A stretch of DNA of 64,000 nucleotides from an uncultured beta proteobacterium (GTDB lineage: Bacteria; Pseudomonadota; Gammaproteobacteria; Burkholderiales; Eutrophovitaceae): positions 5,074 to 69,073 of the forward strand of contig CAWBXZ010000017.1 in NCBI GenBank assembly GCA_963792855.1, in the 5' to 3' direction. Each line of letters starts with the position of its first letter. Position 1 is the first letter of the stretch. Below the pieces are notes generated by a model. It did no database searches, was not told where the DNA came from, and saw only the letters and a program-made list of their open reading frames with translations. The position numbers and the translations under genes were made by a program. This document shows, one piece after another, positions 48,938 to 58,322 of the stretch.

Positions 48938-50152
48938 TTAACGCGGCGACGCCACGGGCTTGGGAGACGGTTTGTAAAGCCGGGTTACATGCCGGATCAG
49001 GCGGCGCGCCTGATCCAGTTTGGAGCTGCGCGGCAGGCGATGTGTGCCTTCGTCATCTACAAGAAGCAGTTCGTTTTCGTCGCTGCCGAGGGCGTTCTGA
49101 ACCAGGTTGGCGGCTATGAGGGGTATGTTCTTGCGCCGGCGTTTTTCGGTGGCATAAGCCTCAACATCCTGACTCTCGGCCGCGAAGCCGACGCAGAAAG
49201 GTGCGTCGTCGCGTGCGGCAACCGCTTCGAGAATATCCGGATTCGGTTCGAATTCGAGCTCTAAACCGGCACCGGTCTTCTTGATTTTGTGTTGCTGCCG
49301 GTTCTTGACCCGATAGTCGGCCACCGCTGCTACAGCGAACAATATGTCGGTTTGTGCAACCCGCGCCATGACGGCGTCGTGCATTTCCTGTGCAGTGACG
49401 ACATTGACCACCGACACGTTCGATGGCGCCTCGAGGCTGGTCCGTCCCGACACCAGGGTGACGTGTGCACCGGCGTCGCGAGCAGCCCGCGCAATCGCGT
49501 AACCCATTCGACCAGAGGACAGGTTGGTGATTCCGCGCACAGCGTCGATTGGTTCGTAAGTAGGACCTGCGGTAACCAGGATGCGGGCACCGGCGAGCAA
49601 TTTGGGCTGGAACCAGCTAACAATGGAATCGACGATCTGAGCGGGTTCAGACATGCGGCCCATGCCGACCTCACCACAAGCCTGGTCACCGCTGGCGGGG
49701 CCGTCGATGACGATGCCGTCCTCGCGAAGTTGTTTTACGTTGCGCCGTGTTGCGGGGTTTTCCCACATCTGCCGGTTCATCGCCGGGGCAACCATCAGCG
49801 GGCATTCCCGCGCGACGCAAAGCGTCGCGAGCAGATCGTCGGCAGCACCGTGCACGAGTTTGGCAATGAAATCCGCGGTCGCGGGCGCCACGACCATCAG
49901 GTCGCGGTCGCGGGACAGTTCGATATGTGCCATCCCGTTGCCAATCCGGTCATCCCACATGCTGGTGTAGACCGGTTTGCCGGTGAGTGCCTGCAAGCTC
50001 AAGGGGGAGATGAAACGGCTGGCTGCTTCCGTCATGACGACCTGCACATCCGCGCCTTCCTTGATCAGCGAGCGGGCAAGATCAGCCGCCTTGTAAGCGG
50101 CAATGCCGCCGGTCAATCCCAGAAGAATTCGCTTCCCAGCCAGTTCTGCCAT
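48938..50152 (-). CDS. coaBC: Bifunctional phosphopantothenoylcysteine decarboxylase / phosphopantothenate-cysteine ligase
   Basis: [16 protein letters not shown] flavoprotein N-terminus and a CoaB domain ([10 protein letters not shown]). Upstream of dut as in many proteobacteria. Start at the ATG at 50152. Confidence 0.9.
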   Translation of the reverse strand: MAELAGKRILLGLTGGIAAYKAADLARSLIKEGADVQVVMTEAASRFISPLSLQALTGKPVYTSMWDDRIGNGMAHIELSRDRDLMVVAPATADFIAKLVHGAADDLLATLCVARECPLMVAPAMNRQMWENPATRRNVKQLREDGIVIDGPASGDQACGEVGMGRMSEPAQIVDSIVSWFQPKLLAGARILVTAGPTYEPIDAVRGITNLSSGRMGYAIARAARDAGAHVTLVSGRTSLEAPSNVSVVNVVTAQEMHDAVMARVAQTDILFAVAAVADYRVKNRQQHKIKKTGAGLELEFEPNPDILEAVAARDDAPFCVGFAAESQDVEAYATEKRRRKNIPLIAANLVQNALGSDENELLLVDDEGTHRLPRSSKLDQARRLIRHVTRLYKPSPKPVASPR

Positions 50153-50224
50153 TTGCCTCACTCTGACAAGTCTTGATCCGGCAAGTGTAAACTCTTGTTG
50201 CATAATGGGAAAGCAGGGGGGGCG

Positions 50225-50899
50225 ATGTCGCTGCGAGATTTGCCGGAGGACGAGCGGCCGCGCGAGAAGCTGCTGAAAAAGGGTGCAGCATCACTGGCGG
50301 ATTCCGAACTGATCGCGATTTTTCTGCGCACTGGCGTCAGGGGAAAGAGTGCGGTCGATCTGGCGCGTGCGCTGCTCGAGCGTTTCGGATCGCTCGGCGG
50401 CATCGTCGGTGCCGAACTGGCGGAGTTTACCGAGATCGACGGGCTTGGCGAGGCCAAATACGTTCAATTGCAGGCGGCCGTCGAACTGGCCAGGCGCGCT
50501 CTTGACCAGGAAATGCGGGACGCGGACAACCTGAGTTCGCCGGATGCAGTGCGGCGCTACCTGCGCCTGCTGCTTGAACAACGCCGGGTCGAAGTGTTTG
50601 TAGGTCTGTTTCTCGATGCGCAGAACCGCTTGATCGCGGCCCGGGAGCTGTTTTCCGGGACACTGACCCAGACCAGCGTCTATCCCCGCGAAGTGGTCAA
50701 AAGCGCCCTGAGCCACAATGCCGCATCGGTTATTTTTGCGCACAATCACCCGTCCGGGGTCGCAGAGCCAAGTCGAGCCGACGAGAGCCTCACGCAAGCC
50801 CTCAAGCAGGCGCTGGCACTGGTGGACGTGCGCGTGCTCGATCACTTCATTGTCGGGCAGGGGAGCATGTTGTCGTTCGCTGAGCGCGGGCTTCTTTGA
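50225..50899 (+). CDS. radC: RadC-family JAB-domain protein
   Basis: ERPREKL, HhH region, and the C-terminal JAMM motif HNHPSG. Confidence 0.9.
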   Translation: MSLRDLPEDERPREKLLKKGAASLADSELIAIFLRTGVRGKSAVDLARALLERFGSLGGIVGAELAEFTEIDGLGEAKYVQLQAAVELARRALDQEMRDADNLSSPDAVRRYLRLLLEQRRVEVFVGLFLDAQNRLIAARELFSGTLTQTSVYPREVVKSALSHNAASVIFAHNHPSGVAEPSRADESLTQALKQALALVDVRVLDHFIVGQGSMLSFAERGLL

Positions 50900-50995
50900 C
50901 GCCTCGAGCGTCAGCCTCATTGCCCCGCAGTGTCTGGCGTTCGAGGCAGCCGTATCGGCTTGCCGTGCCATCCGGGCGCCACGATGGCGCCGGCG

Positions 50996-51616
50996 TCAGC
51001 TGTTGCTGCCGCCCGCTGCCGAACCGGCCTGTGAAGTCACGGTTTCGATCAGCGATTGAAGATTGCGGATCTGGTAGTTCGCGATCGCGACGACCTCCGA
51101 AGTGCCGGCGACGTGCACATAGCGGCTGATCTCGTCCGGCGCTATGTCGCCAACCGAATAGCGTGCCCGCGGTTCGATCTGGTCGGGCAGGTACACCAGA
51201 ATAATCATCTCCGGTTTGGTGACACCGAACGCGTCGTCGGCGGCCAGCGTAAAGCGCCGCTCGATCCGGGCGCGGCCCAGGCCACCGAGGAATTTTGCGA
51301 TCTTTTCCGACATTTCAGGGTCAGGAACGTGTTCGTGGACGCTCTGCGGACCCGCGTGTACGCCGTGATAGAACCATGCACCCTGTTCATCGCGCGAGAA
51401 GCGGTGCAGATTGCCAGCGACGGCAATCTCGATTACGGCGATCTCCTCGAGTGGCGCCGGCATCAGAAATTGCGGGCCGGCAGCGGTTTCGTCATCGGAT
51501 TGCGATGGTTGGTCGCGGAACTCCAGCACTGCAATGACGATGAGTAATGCCGCAAGAACCGCCCAGACGATAACGCTGCGACCGCCGCGCCTGACCGTCA
51601 CCGTTGTCTCCACCAA
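50996..51616 (-). CDS. DUF4340-like protein (single N-terminal TM), last gene of the ABC/GldG-like operon
   Basis: N-terminal TM (VIVWAVLAALLIVIAVL). Position after a GldG-like gene, as DUF4340 proteins usually are. The assignment is tentative. Confidence 0.45.
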   Translation of the reverse strand: MVETTVTVRRGGRSVIVWAVLAALLIVIAVLEFRDQPSQSDDETAAGPQFLMPAPLEEIAVIEIAVAGNLHRFSRDEQGAWFYHGVHAGPQSVHEHVPDPEMSEKIAKFLGGLGRARIERRFTLAADDAFGVTKPEMIILVYLPDQIEPRARYSVGDIAPDEISRYVHVAGTSEVVAIANYQIRNLQSLIETVTSQAGSAAGGSNS

Positions 51617-53232
51617 ACGGCAAAGCCGATAAGCGCCAGCAGCGCGGGGATCAGCACGACCGATAGCAGGAACGTTCCCTTCATTTGACGATTCGTCAGA
51701 TTGACTCGCGGCGAGTCGTAGGTGCGCGGCTCGACACCGATCAGGTCTTCCTGCTCCGCGAGGTAGTTCACCGCGTTCAGAAACAGGTTTCCGTTACCGA
51801 GGATGTGGAAGAACGAGTTGGTGGCGAAGTCGGAGTCGCCGATGACGACGATTCGCGACTGGGCCTGCCCCTCGATAACCGGCGATGGAAGGGCGCTGTC
51901 GTCTGCGCCCGGTGTTATTGCGGTTTCGCCTGCAACGCGCTCGGGGCGCAGTGTGGATGCGACCATCAGGGTCAGCGGGCCTGTCATGTCCTTGCCCGGA
52001 TCGAGGTTGATCCGGTCCGGATTGCTCTCGCCAAAACTCTTTTTCGATGAGTTGATCAAGGGCACTACCGACGTGCCCGGCACTCTCTGAGGCGTCGGGG
52101 AGAGCGAGCGTACGCCAGGGAAAAAGGTCAACGGCAAACCACGGGTGATCTGATGGCGGTTGTATTGCGTGACCGCCGGTGACGAGGGATCTGCCCAGAA
52201 ATGGCTGAGTTCGTCGATCACGAGGTTGTCATCCACGACGATGCTGTACTGTCGCACAATCGGCTCCAGACCGGTTTCGACGAACGGGTCGAGCATCATC
52301 AGTGCATTGCCGCCTTCGTCCAGATATTTCCTGATCGATTCGACTTCTTCGGGTAGCAGTCTTGTCTTTGGTCCGGCAATGACAAGCACCGCACAATGCT
52401 TCATAGACTTGTTTCCCCGCATCATTCCGGTTTTCTCGACGACATAATTCAGCGTCTCGAGACCATGCCTCGCTTTTGCCATGCCGTGCGTTTCGTGGAC
52501 CACGATTTTCGAACCGGCACCGTGTGAATGGCCGGCACCTCCTTCGAGGTGATCGTGTGACTCCATGCTGAACGGGTCCGCCTCGCCATGGCCCTCGAGA
52601 AAGCATGCAGTTTGTTGGGCGCCGAGCGAGATGCGCAGGATCGCATTGGCGATGTCGGTCTCTTCCGGCCCATGTACCTGCATTTCCCGGTCACCGCTCT
52701 TGAGCAAGGCGGTGCCGGCAAACTGCACGCCATGCAGGCGTGCCTGGGCCGGGTTCACCATGGGATCAAAAAACTCGACGGTGATCTTGTCGTTTTGCGC
52801 GGCAACCAGTTTGTATCGCTCGATCGTCTCACGCATTCTCGAGTCATGGAAGAAGATGATGTGCACCGGATTTTCGATATGCTGCAGCATGGTTGCCGTT
52901 TGTTCCGACAGCGAATGCTGTTTTCCTTCCGAGAGGTCAAGCCTGACGGTGTAGCGCGTTGAAAAATATGCGACGACGACCAGCACGCCGATCACCCCGA
53001 TCGTGAACACGGCAATTTCGCCACGGCGCTGCCGTATCAGGCCTGCCAGTTCGACACGCAATTTATAAAGGCCAACCGCGGTCAGGCCGACCCCTGCAAT
53101 CGCAAGGAGCACGGTCCAGATGCCGGCCTCCAGAATGATGGCATCCAGCGCGATGGCAGTGACGAGGCAGGAGATCCCCGCCAGCACGACAATAATTGAG
53201 CGAAAAGACTGTTCCATGTTATTCCATGCCAT
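51598..53232 (-). CDS. GldG-like auxiliary component of an ABC-type transport system
   Basis: 544 aa with N- and C-terminal TM anchors and a large periplasmic domain. Follows the ABC-2 permease and ATPase genes. Confidence 0.6.
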   Translation of the reverse strand: MAWNNMEQSFRSIIVVLAGISCLVTAIALDAIILEAGIWTVLLAIAGVGLTAVGLYKLRVELAGLIRQRRGEIAVFTIGVIGVLVVVAYFSTRYTVRLDLSEGKQHSLSEQTATMLQHIENPVHIIFFHDSRMRETIERYKLVAAQNDKITVEFFDPMVNPAQARLHGVQFAGTALLKSGDREMQVHGPEETDIANAILRISLGAQQTACFLEGHGEADPFSMESHDHLEGGAGHSHGAGSKIVVHETHGMAKARHGLETLNYVVEKTGMMRGNKSMKHCAVLVIAGPKTRLLPEEVESIRKYLDEGGNALMMLDPFVETGLEPIVRQYSIVVDDNLVIDELSHFWADPSSPAVTQYNRHQITRGLPLTFFPGVRSLSPTPQRVPGTSVVPLINSSKKSFGESNPDRINLDPGKDMTGPLTLMVASTLRPERVAGETAITPGADDSALPSPVIEGQAQSRIVVIGDSDFATNSFFHILGNGNLFLNAVNYLAEQEDLIGVEPRTYDSPRVNLTNRQMKGTFLLSVVLIPALLALIGFAVWWRQR

Positions 53233-53247
53233 TGTGTTGTCGGTTTC

Positions 53248-53955
53248 CTAACGACGCCATTGCAGGTAGCTGGCGTTGAGCGTCAATGCGATCGCGCTGA
53301 CAACGAGATAGAAAACAACGGATTCGCTCCGTATCAGTCCGGCGATGAAGTCACCGAAGGGCAGGGAAAACGACAGGTAACCAAAAAGGTTTTGCAGGAT
53401 CACCGTAGATTGAAAACTGTACAAATGCCCTACGAACCAGAATCCGAGCAGTACCGGGAAGGTGATGAGCGCGGCGATGACCTGGTTCTGCGTTAGCGCC
53501 GAGAAAAACTGTCCAATGGACAGGCAGGCCATGCCGAGGAGGAGGAAGCCGATATATCCCGAAAGGATGTTCGTGGTCTCCGGGCTGCCATACATGTACA
53601 GCGGGATCAGGTTGACTGCCGTGCCGATAGTCATCAGCACAAGAATGGTGACCGCGCCGAGGAATTTGCCGAGCACGATCTGCCAGGGCTGCAATGGCAG
53701 CGTGGCGAGCAGTTCCATCGTGCGGCCGGTGTATTCCTGGGGGAACAACCGCATCGTAATGATGGGGCTGACAATCAGCAGCAGTACGCCCATGTTCTTG
53801 AACGGCTCATTCATGCTTGCTGTGCCGGTCATGAATACTTCATAGATGAAAAAGTACCCGGTGCCAAGCAAAAATACCGCAACAACGAAGTACGCGATCG
53901 GCGAACGGAAGTAGCTGACCAGTTCCTTGTGGTAGACGGCTAGAACGCGATTCAT
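53248..53955 (-). CDS. ABC-2 type permease (GldF-like)
   Basis: About 6 TM segments. N-terminus MNRVLAVYHKELVSYFRSPIAY is typical of ABC-2 permeases. Its ATG abuts the ATPase stop. Confidence 0.7.
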   Translation of the reverse strand: MNRVLAVYHKELVSYFRSPIAYFVVAVFLLGTGYFFIYEVFMTGTASMNEPFKNMGVLLLIVSPIITMRLFPQEYTGRTMELLATLPLQPWQIVLGKFLGAVTILVLMTIGTAVNLIPLYMYGSPETTNILSGYIGFLLLGMACLSIGQFFSALTQNQVIAALITFPVLLGFWFVGHLYSFQSTVILQNLFGYLSFSLPFGDFIAGLIRSESVVFYLVVSAIALTLNASYLQWRR

Positions 53956-54911
53956 GCTGCCTCCTGCTCTTTCTTGCCAACATAGTGCAGGAAGATATTC
54001 TCCAGTGTTGGCTGTTGCCGCTCCAGTCTGTGCAGACTCCATTTGCTGGCGGCGACGCGTGCGATCGTTGACTCGATGCCGCTGCGTGCTTCGACGTGGC
54101 AGGTCACATCCAGCATTCCGGTCTGTCTGGGCATTTCCTTTACGGCGACGGATTGCACACCGTCAATGCCCAGCAATTCCGCGCGCAAGGCGTCGGCGGG
54201 CGCCGAAACCTGGAGATTGACCCTGCTGCTTTCTTTCGATGCGGCCTGCAAGCCGTCGGGCGAGTCAATCGCCAGCAGCCTGCCGTTGTTGATAATGGCC
54301 ACACGCTTGCAGATCAATGTCACCTCGGGAAGGATGTGGGTGCTGATCAGAACGGCGTGCTTTTCGCCGAAACTGCGTATGACTTCCCGCGTTTCCTGAA
54401 TCTGCCCGGGATCGAGTCCCGCGGTTGGCTCATCGAGCAGCAGCACTTCCGGGTTGCCCAGCAATGCCTGCGCCAAACCGGTCCGTTGCCGGTAGCCTTT
54501 GGACAGTTTGTAGATTTCCCGCTTGACCACCGCCTCGAGATGGCATGCGCTGATCACCCGGTCCAGGTTCTCTGCCATCGAGCGTGCCGGCACGCCCTTG
54601 ACCCTTGCCACAAAGCGCAAATACTGCTCGACATCCAGCGTGTCATAGAGCGGGGGATTCTCCGGCAGATAGCCGAGTTTTTCGGCTGCTTGCTCGTTCT
54701 CCCGCGCCATGTCGTGGCCAGCCACCTTGATTGTTCCGGAACTTGGGGTGGTGAAGCCTGCGATCATGCGCATGGTCGTTGTCTTGCCGGCTCCGTTGGG
54801 GCCGAGGAATCCGACGATCTCACCCGGTTCGACAGTGAACGACATGTCGTGGATGATGGTTTTCGGTCCGTATCGCTTGGAGACCGAATTAAGTTCGATT
54901 GCTGGTGCCAT
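53952..54911 (-). CDS. ABC transporter ATP-binding protein (GldA-like)
   Basis: Walker A GPNGAGKTT, signature LSKGYRQR, Walker B LLLDEP. Confidence 0.9.
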   Translation of the reverse strand: MAPAIELNSVSKRYGPKTIIHDMSFTVEPGEIVGFLGPNGAGKTTTMRMIAGFTTPSSGTIKVAGHDMARENEQAAEKLGYLPENPPLYDTLDVEQYLRFVARVKGVPARSMAENLDRVISACHLEAVVKREIYKLSKGYRQRTGLAQALLGNPEVLLLDEPTAGLDPGQIQETREVIRSFGEKHAVLISTHILPEVTLICKRVAIINNGRLLAIDSPDGLQAASKESSRVNLQVSAPADALRAELLGIDGVQSVAVKEMPRQTGMLDVTCHVEARSGIESTIARVAASKWSLHRLERQQPTLENIFLHYVGKKEQEAA

Positions 54912-54940
54912 ATCAAATGGGTGTTTCGGAAAACGCAGAA

Positions 54941-54971
54941 TAGAAAAGGCCCCCCTCGCGGGGGGCCTTTC
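54941..54971 (-). terminator. Rho-independent terminator after the MBL-fold hydrolase gene
   Basis: Perfect 9-bp stem AGGCCCCCC / GGGGGGCCT with a 4-nt loop. A T-tract (TTTTCTATT) follows on the minus strand. Confidence 0.75.
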
Positions 54972-55001
54972 ACTGATAAACGGCTTTTGACCGCTTACAG
55001 C

Positions 55002-55871
55002 TTACTTGTACCAGCGACCGCCTTTTTCTTTCCACTGCTGCTCGTCGTGACCGAAGAACAGCTCGCCGCCCGAGAGATCGGCCATTGACTTCAGACGATC
55101 GGCACTTTCGAAGTAGGTCTTGACGCTGAAGTTCAGGCCGGCCGGGTAACCTTCCAGGTTCTCACGCATCCACAGAGCATCCTGCGCGATGATGAAGGTG
55201 TCGCCGTTGGCGAACTTGAGCTTCAGGGACTGGTTGCCGAGGGTGTGGCCCGGGGCGCTCAGCACGGTGATGGAACCGTCGCCGAACACATCAAAGTCAC
55301 CGTCGATGGCCAGGTAGTTGAAGTCACGGGCGCCATCATAGTCGGCCATGATGTGTGCACCGGAAGCGCGCTGGAACTTCTCCGGCCACCAGGCCTGATA
55401 CAGTTCCTGCTTCTGCATGATGTGCAGCGCTTTCGGGAACATTTCGATGTTGCCGATATGATCCAGGTGCGAGTGGGACGTAATGACGGCCACGACCTTG
55501 TCGACCGAATAACCCAGCTTCTTCAGCTGCATGTCGATGACGTCGGAGCGCTTCTGGCTCGGCTTCAGGAAGTTGCAGCTCCCGGCACCCCAGTGTGACT
55601 CACAGCCGCCTTCGTTGAGGGCAACGTTGTTACCCGTATCGAACACGACGACGCCTTTCGGGTGCTCGATGATCCACATCGGTACCGGAATGGTGATGTC
55701 GCGCGCGCGGTCTTCCGGCAGGGCCGGAATCAGTCCGCGAATGTTGAACGGGCCGAACATGCCGCTGGTAGCCCAGTAGGCCTTGATTGGTGTGTTATGC
55801 GCCGAACCCACGGACGCGCCCATTGCGCAGGCGAGTCCCAGGATCATCGCAACAACAGTTGACTTCTTCAT
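55002..55871 (-). CDS. Secreted metallo-beta-lactamase-fold hydrolase (AHL-lactonase-like family)
   Basis: Signal peptide MKKSTVVAMILGLACAMGASVGSAHN. HxHxDH motif (SHSHLDHIGN). GGGAGAAG SD. Its own terminator. Confidence 0.7.
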   Translation of the reverse strand: MKKSTVVAMILGLACAMGASVGSAHNTPIKAYWATSGMFGPFNIRGLIPALPEDRARDITIPVPMWIIEHPKGVVVFDTGNNVALNEGGCESHWGAGSCNFLKPSQKRSDVIDMQLKKLGYSVDKVVAVITSHSHLDHIGNIEMFPKALHIMQKQELYQAWWPEKFQRASGAHIMADYDGARDFNYLAIDGDFDVFGDGSITVLSAPGHTLGNQSLKLKFANGDTFIIAQDALWMRENLEGYPAGLNFSVKTYFESADRLKSMADLSGGELFFGHDEQQWKEKGGRWYK

Positions 55872-56215
55872 AGTTAGCTTCTCCCATATGGTGGTCTTAT
55901 AGTCGGCTTCAGCTCTTCGTGTGTCCCTGGTTTGCCTCGTGAGCTCCGGCACACTCTTGAAGACGTGTCCCGGCCGGGGGCTCAGCACGGATCGGTTGCT
56001 GCTTGAAGCCACTACTCTTTTGTGGAGTCTGATGACTCACTTCGCGAGGGTACTATACAGGTAAGGGATGGGACAACAGGAAAATGTGGGCCCGGGCGGC
56101 TTTCTCTTCCCAATGGCTGGACAGCCCTGCCGAACAGGCTGTTTTCCGCATCCTGTCGGGTTTTCTGCCGGTTTTGCCGGCATCCTGTAGTGCGCGGACA
56201 TCGACGCACGGATTC

Positions 56216-56245
56216 TTGCCTCATGGGGTGCGGCTGTGGTATAAA
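56216..56245 (+). promoter_or_regulatory. Candidate sigma70 promoter for rpmB-rpmG (TTGCCT-N18-TATAAA)
   Basis: Read directly, about 35 nt upstream of the rpmB ATG. Confidence 0.35.
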
Positions 56246-56280
56246 GCGCGCCTTCGAATTTGTGTTTCAGGAATGAACCG

Positions 56281-56517
56281 ATGGCCCGCGTATGTCAGGT
56301 AACCGGCAAGAAGCCGATGTCGGGAAACAACGTTTCCCACGCCAACAACAAGACCAAGCGCCGCTTCCTCCCGAACCTGCAGTACAGGCGAATCTGGGTC
56401 GAAAGCGAGAACCGCTGGATTCGCATGCGCCTGACGCAGGCTGGATTGCGCGTCATCGACAAGAAGGGCATCGATATCGTGCTGGCCGAGATGCGCGCCC
56501 GCGGTGAGTCGGTCTGA
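56281..56517 (+). CDS. rpmB: 50S ribosomal protein L28
   Basis: [34 protein letters not shown] is canonical L28. ATG at 56281. Confidence 0.95.
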   Translation: MARVCQVTGKKPMSGNNVSHANNKTKRRFLPNLQYRRIWVESENRWIRMRLTQAGLRVIDKKGIDIVLAEMRARGESV

Positions 56518-56544
56518 CCGGGAAGAATCAGGGGGTAAAACGAA

Positions 56545-56700
56545 ATGCGTGACAAGATCAAGCTTGAATCCAGTGCCGGAACCGGCCATTTTTATACGAC
56601 TACCAAGAACAAGCGCACCATGCCCGAGAAAATGGAGATCAAGAAATTTGATCCCGTGGCCCGCAAGCATGTGATCTACAAGGAAACCAAGCTGAAGTAA
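56545..56700 (+). CDS. rpmG: 50S ribosomal protein L33
   Basis: Not in the ORF track (51 aa). [51 protein letters not shown] is canonical L33, immediately after rpmB. Confidence 0.9.
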   Translation: MRDKIKLESSAGTGHFYTTTKNKRTMPEKMEIKKFDPVARKHVIYKETKLK

Positions 56701-56716
56701 GCGGTTTCCGAGTGCG

Positions 56717-56746
56717 AAAAAAAGCCCGCTGGAAGCGGGCTTTTTT
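56717..56746. terminator. Bidirectional rho-independent terminator between rpmG and the convergent desaturase gene
   Basis: AAAAAAAGCCCGC-TGGAA-GCGGGCTTTTTT. Confidence 0.8.
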
Positions 56747-56782
56747 GTTGCCGGCAGTGATTGCCTGGACCGCGCCAGGGCC

Positions 56783-57979
56783 TCAGACGGCGTAACTGCG
56801 CAAAGTGCGGGAGAAATCCTGTAACGCTGCGATTCCGGATTGCTCTGCGCGCCGGCACCAGTCCTCGAGTTGCTTGACCAGTTGCTCCTTGGTGGCGGAA
56901 GACTTCTGCCACAGCTGCACCAATTCCTCGCGCATGGTGACCACCGTCTTCAGAACCCGGCTTTGTTCCGCCAGTTTGGCCACGCGCGCGCGCTGCTGGT
57001 CGCTGACGAAGCGTGCGTCCTGATTCAGCCAGCGCCTGAAATCTGGTGCGTAGGCCGCGCTGTTCTCGGCGATGCGGCGGATTTCGTCGGCGCAGGTGGT
57101 CCGCACCGATTTCGAGAACCGTGCGAGTACATCCCAGCGGTGGGTGATGACCGCTTGCAGCGTCCGGTCGTCGCAGGTCTGTGCGGGCTTTTCCATGCGA
57201 ACCGGGGGAGCCAGCTTCTTGACCGTCGCCAGGCCGGCCATTTCCATCAGCCGAATGTAGAGCCAGCCGATGTCGAACTCGTACCACTTGGACGAAAGGC
57301 GCGCCGATGAGGCGTAGGCGTGGTGATTGTTGTGCAATTCCTCTCCGCCGATCAGGATGCCCCAGGGCACGATGTTGGTGCTGGCGTCATTGACCTGAAA
57401 GTTGCGGTAACCGATGTAATGTCCCACGCCGTTGATGACTCCGGCGGCGAAAATCGGAATCCACAGCATCTGGACCGCCCAGATCGTCAAGCCGATCGGG
57501 CCGAACAGCACCGTGTTGATGATCAGCATCAGACCGACCCCCATCATGTCCGATTTGGAATAGATGTGCTTTTCGAGCCAGTCGTCCGGTGTGCCGTGCC
57601 CAAACTTGTCCAGGGTTTCCCGATTAGCGCTCTCCTTGCGGTAGAGCTCGGATCCCTCCAACAAAACCTTATTTAATCCAAGCACTTGCGGGCTATGCGG
57701 GTCTTCCTCCGTCTCACATTTGGCGTGGTGCTTGCGGTGAATGGCGGTCCATTCCTTGGTGACCATGCCAGTGGTCAGCCACAGCCAGAAGCGGAAGAAG
57801 TGCGACACCACTGGATGCAGGTCGAGCGCACGGTGCGCGGAGTGACGATGCAAATAGATCGTTACCGCAGCGATGGTGATATGCGTAAACGCAAGGGTAA
57901 CTACGACGTAACCCCACCACGGCAGATCGAGTAATCCACCCGCCCAGGCCGGGAGATTCGGTAACCCATTGATATTCAT
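56783..57979 (-). CDS. Membrane fatty acid desaturase (acyl-CoA/acyl-lipid delta-9 type)
   Basis: Three His boxes (HRHSAH, HRKHH, HNNHH) and N-terminal TM segments. Confidence 0.8.
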   Translation of the reverse strand: MNINGLPNLPAWAGGLLDLPWWGYVVVTLAFTHITIAAVTIYLHRHSAHRALDLHPVVSHFFRFWLWLTTGMVTKEWTAIHRKHHAKCETEEDPHSPQVLGLNKVLLEGSELYRKESANRETLDKFGHGTPDDWLEKHIYSKSDMMGVGLMLIINTVLFGPIGLTIWAVQMLWIPIFAAGVINGVGHYIGYRNFQVNDASTNIVPWGILIGGEELHNNHHAYASSARLSSKWYEFDIGWLYIRLMEMAGLATVKKLAPPVRMEKPAQTCDDRTLQAVITHRWDVLARFSKSVRTTCADEIRRIAENSAAYAPDFRRWLNQDARFVSDQQRARVAKLAEQSRVLKTVVTMREELVQLWQKSSATKEQLVKQLEDWCRRAEQSGIAALQDFSRTLRSYAV

Positions 57980-58028
57980 CTAATTTCCTTTGCGTTCAAG
58001 TACTAGTGACGGGATTTTACAGTAACAA

Positions 58029-58058
58029 TGACAACCGCCGTTGCGATTTTTGTTGTCA
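58029..58058. promoter_or_regulatory. Inverted repeat TGACAAC-N16-GTTGTCA upstream of the desaturase gene
   Basis: Read directly, 50-80 nt upstream of the desaturase start in a lower-GC intergenic region. Operator function is speculative. Confidence 0.2.
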
Positions 58059-58322
58059 AAGCGAAGGTCATGCCCTCTTCGACCGGCTTACAGCGGTGCA
58101 AGTTCGTTTGTGGCATTCAACAACTGCGTCGAAAAAGCCCCGATCTTTCCAAAAAACGTCGACATCTTCCTCTAACGTTGCTCGCCCTATCCTTATATTT
58201 TGGGGTATTTTCGCCCGTTTCAACTTGATCTTGAGCAAGTTCTGCCGTGTTAGCCAATGCCAACGTTCCCGCCCGGAATGGCAGCCGGGAGCAAGGGTGG
58301 CCAATGGTCTTTCGCGGTGGGC

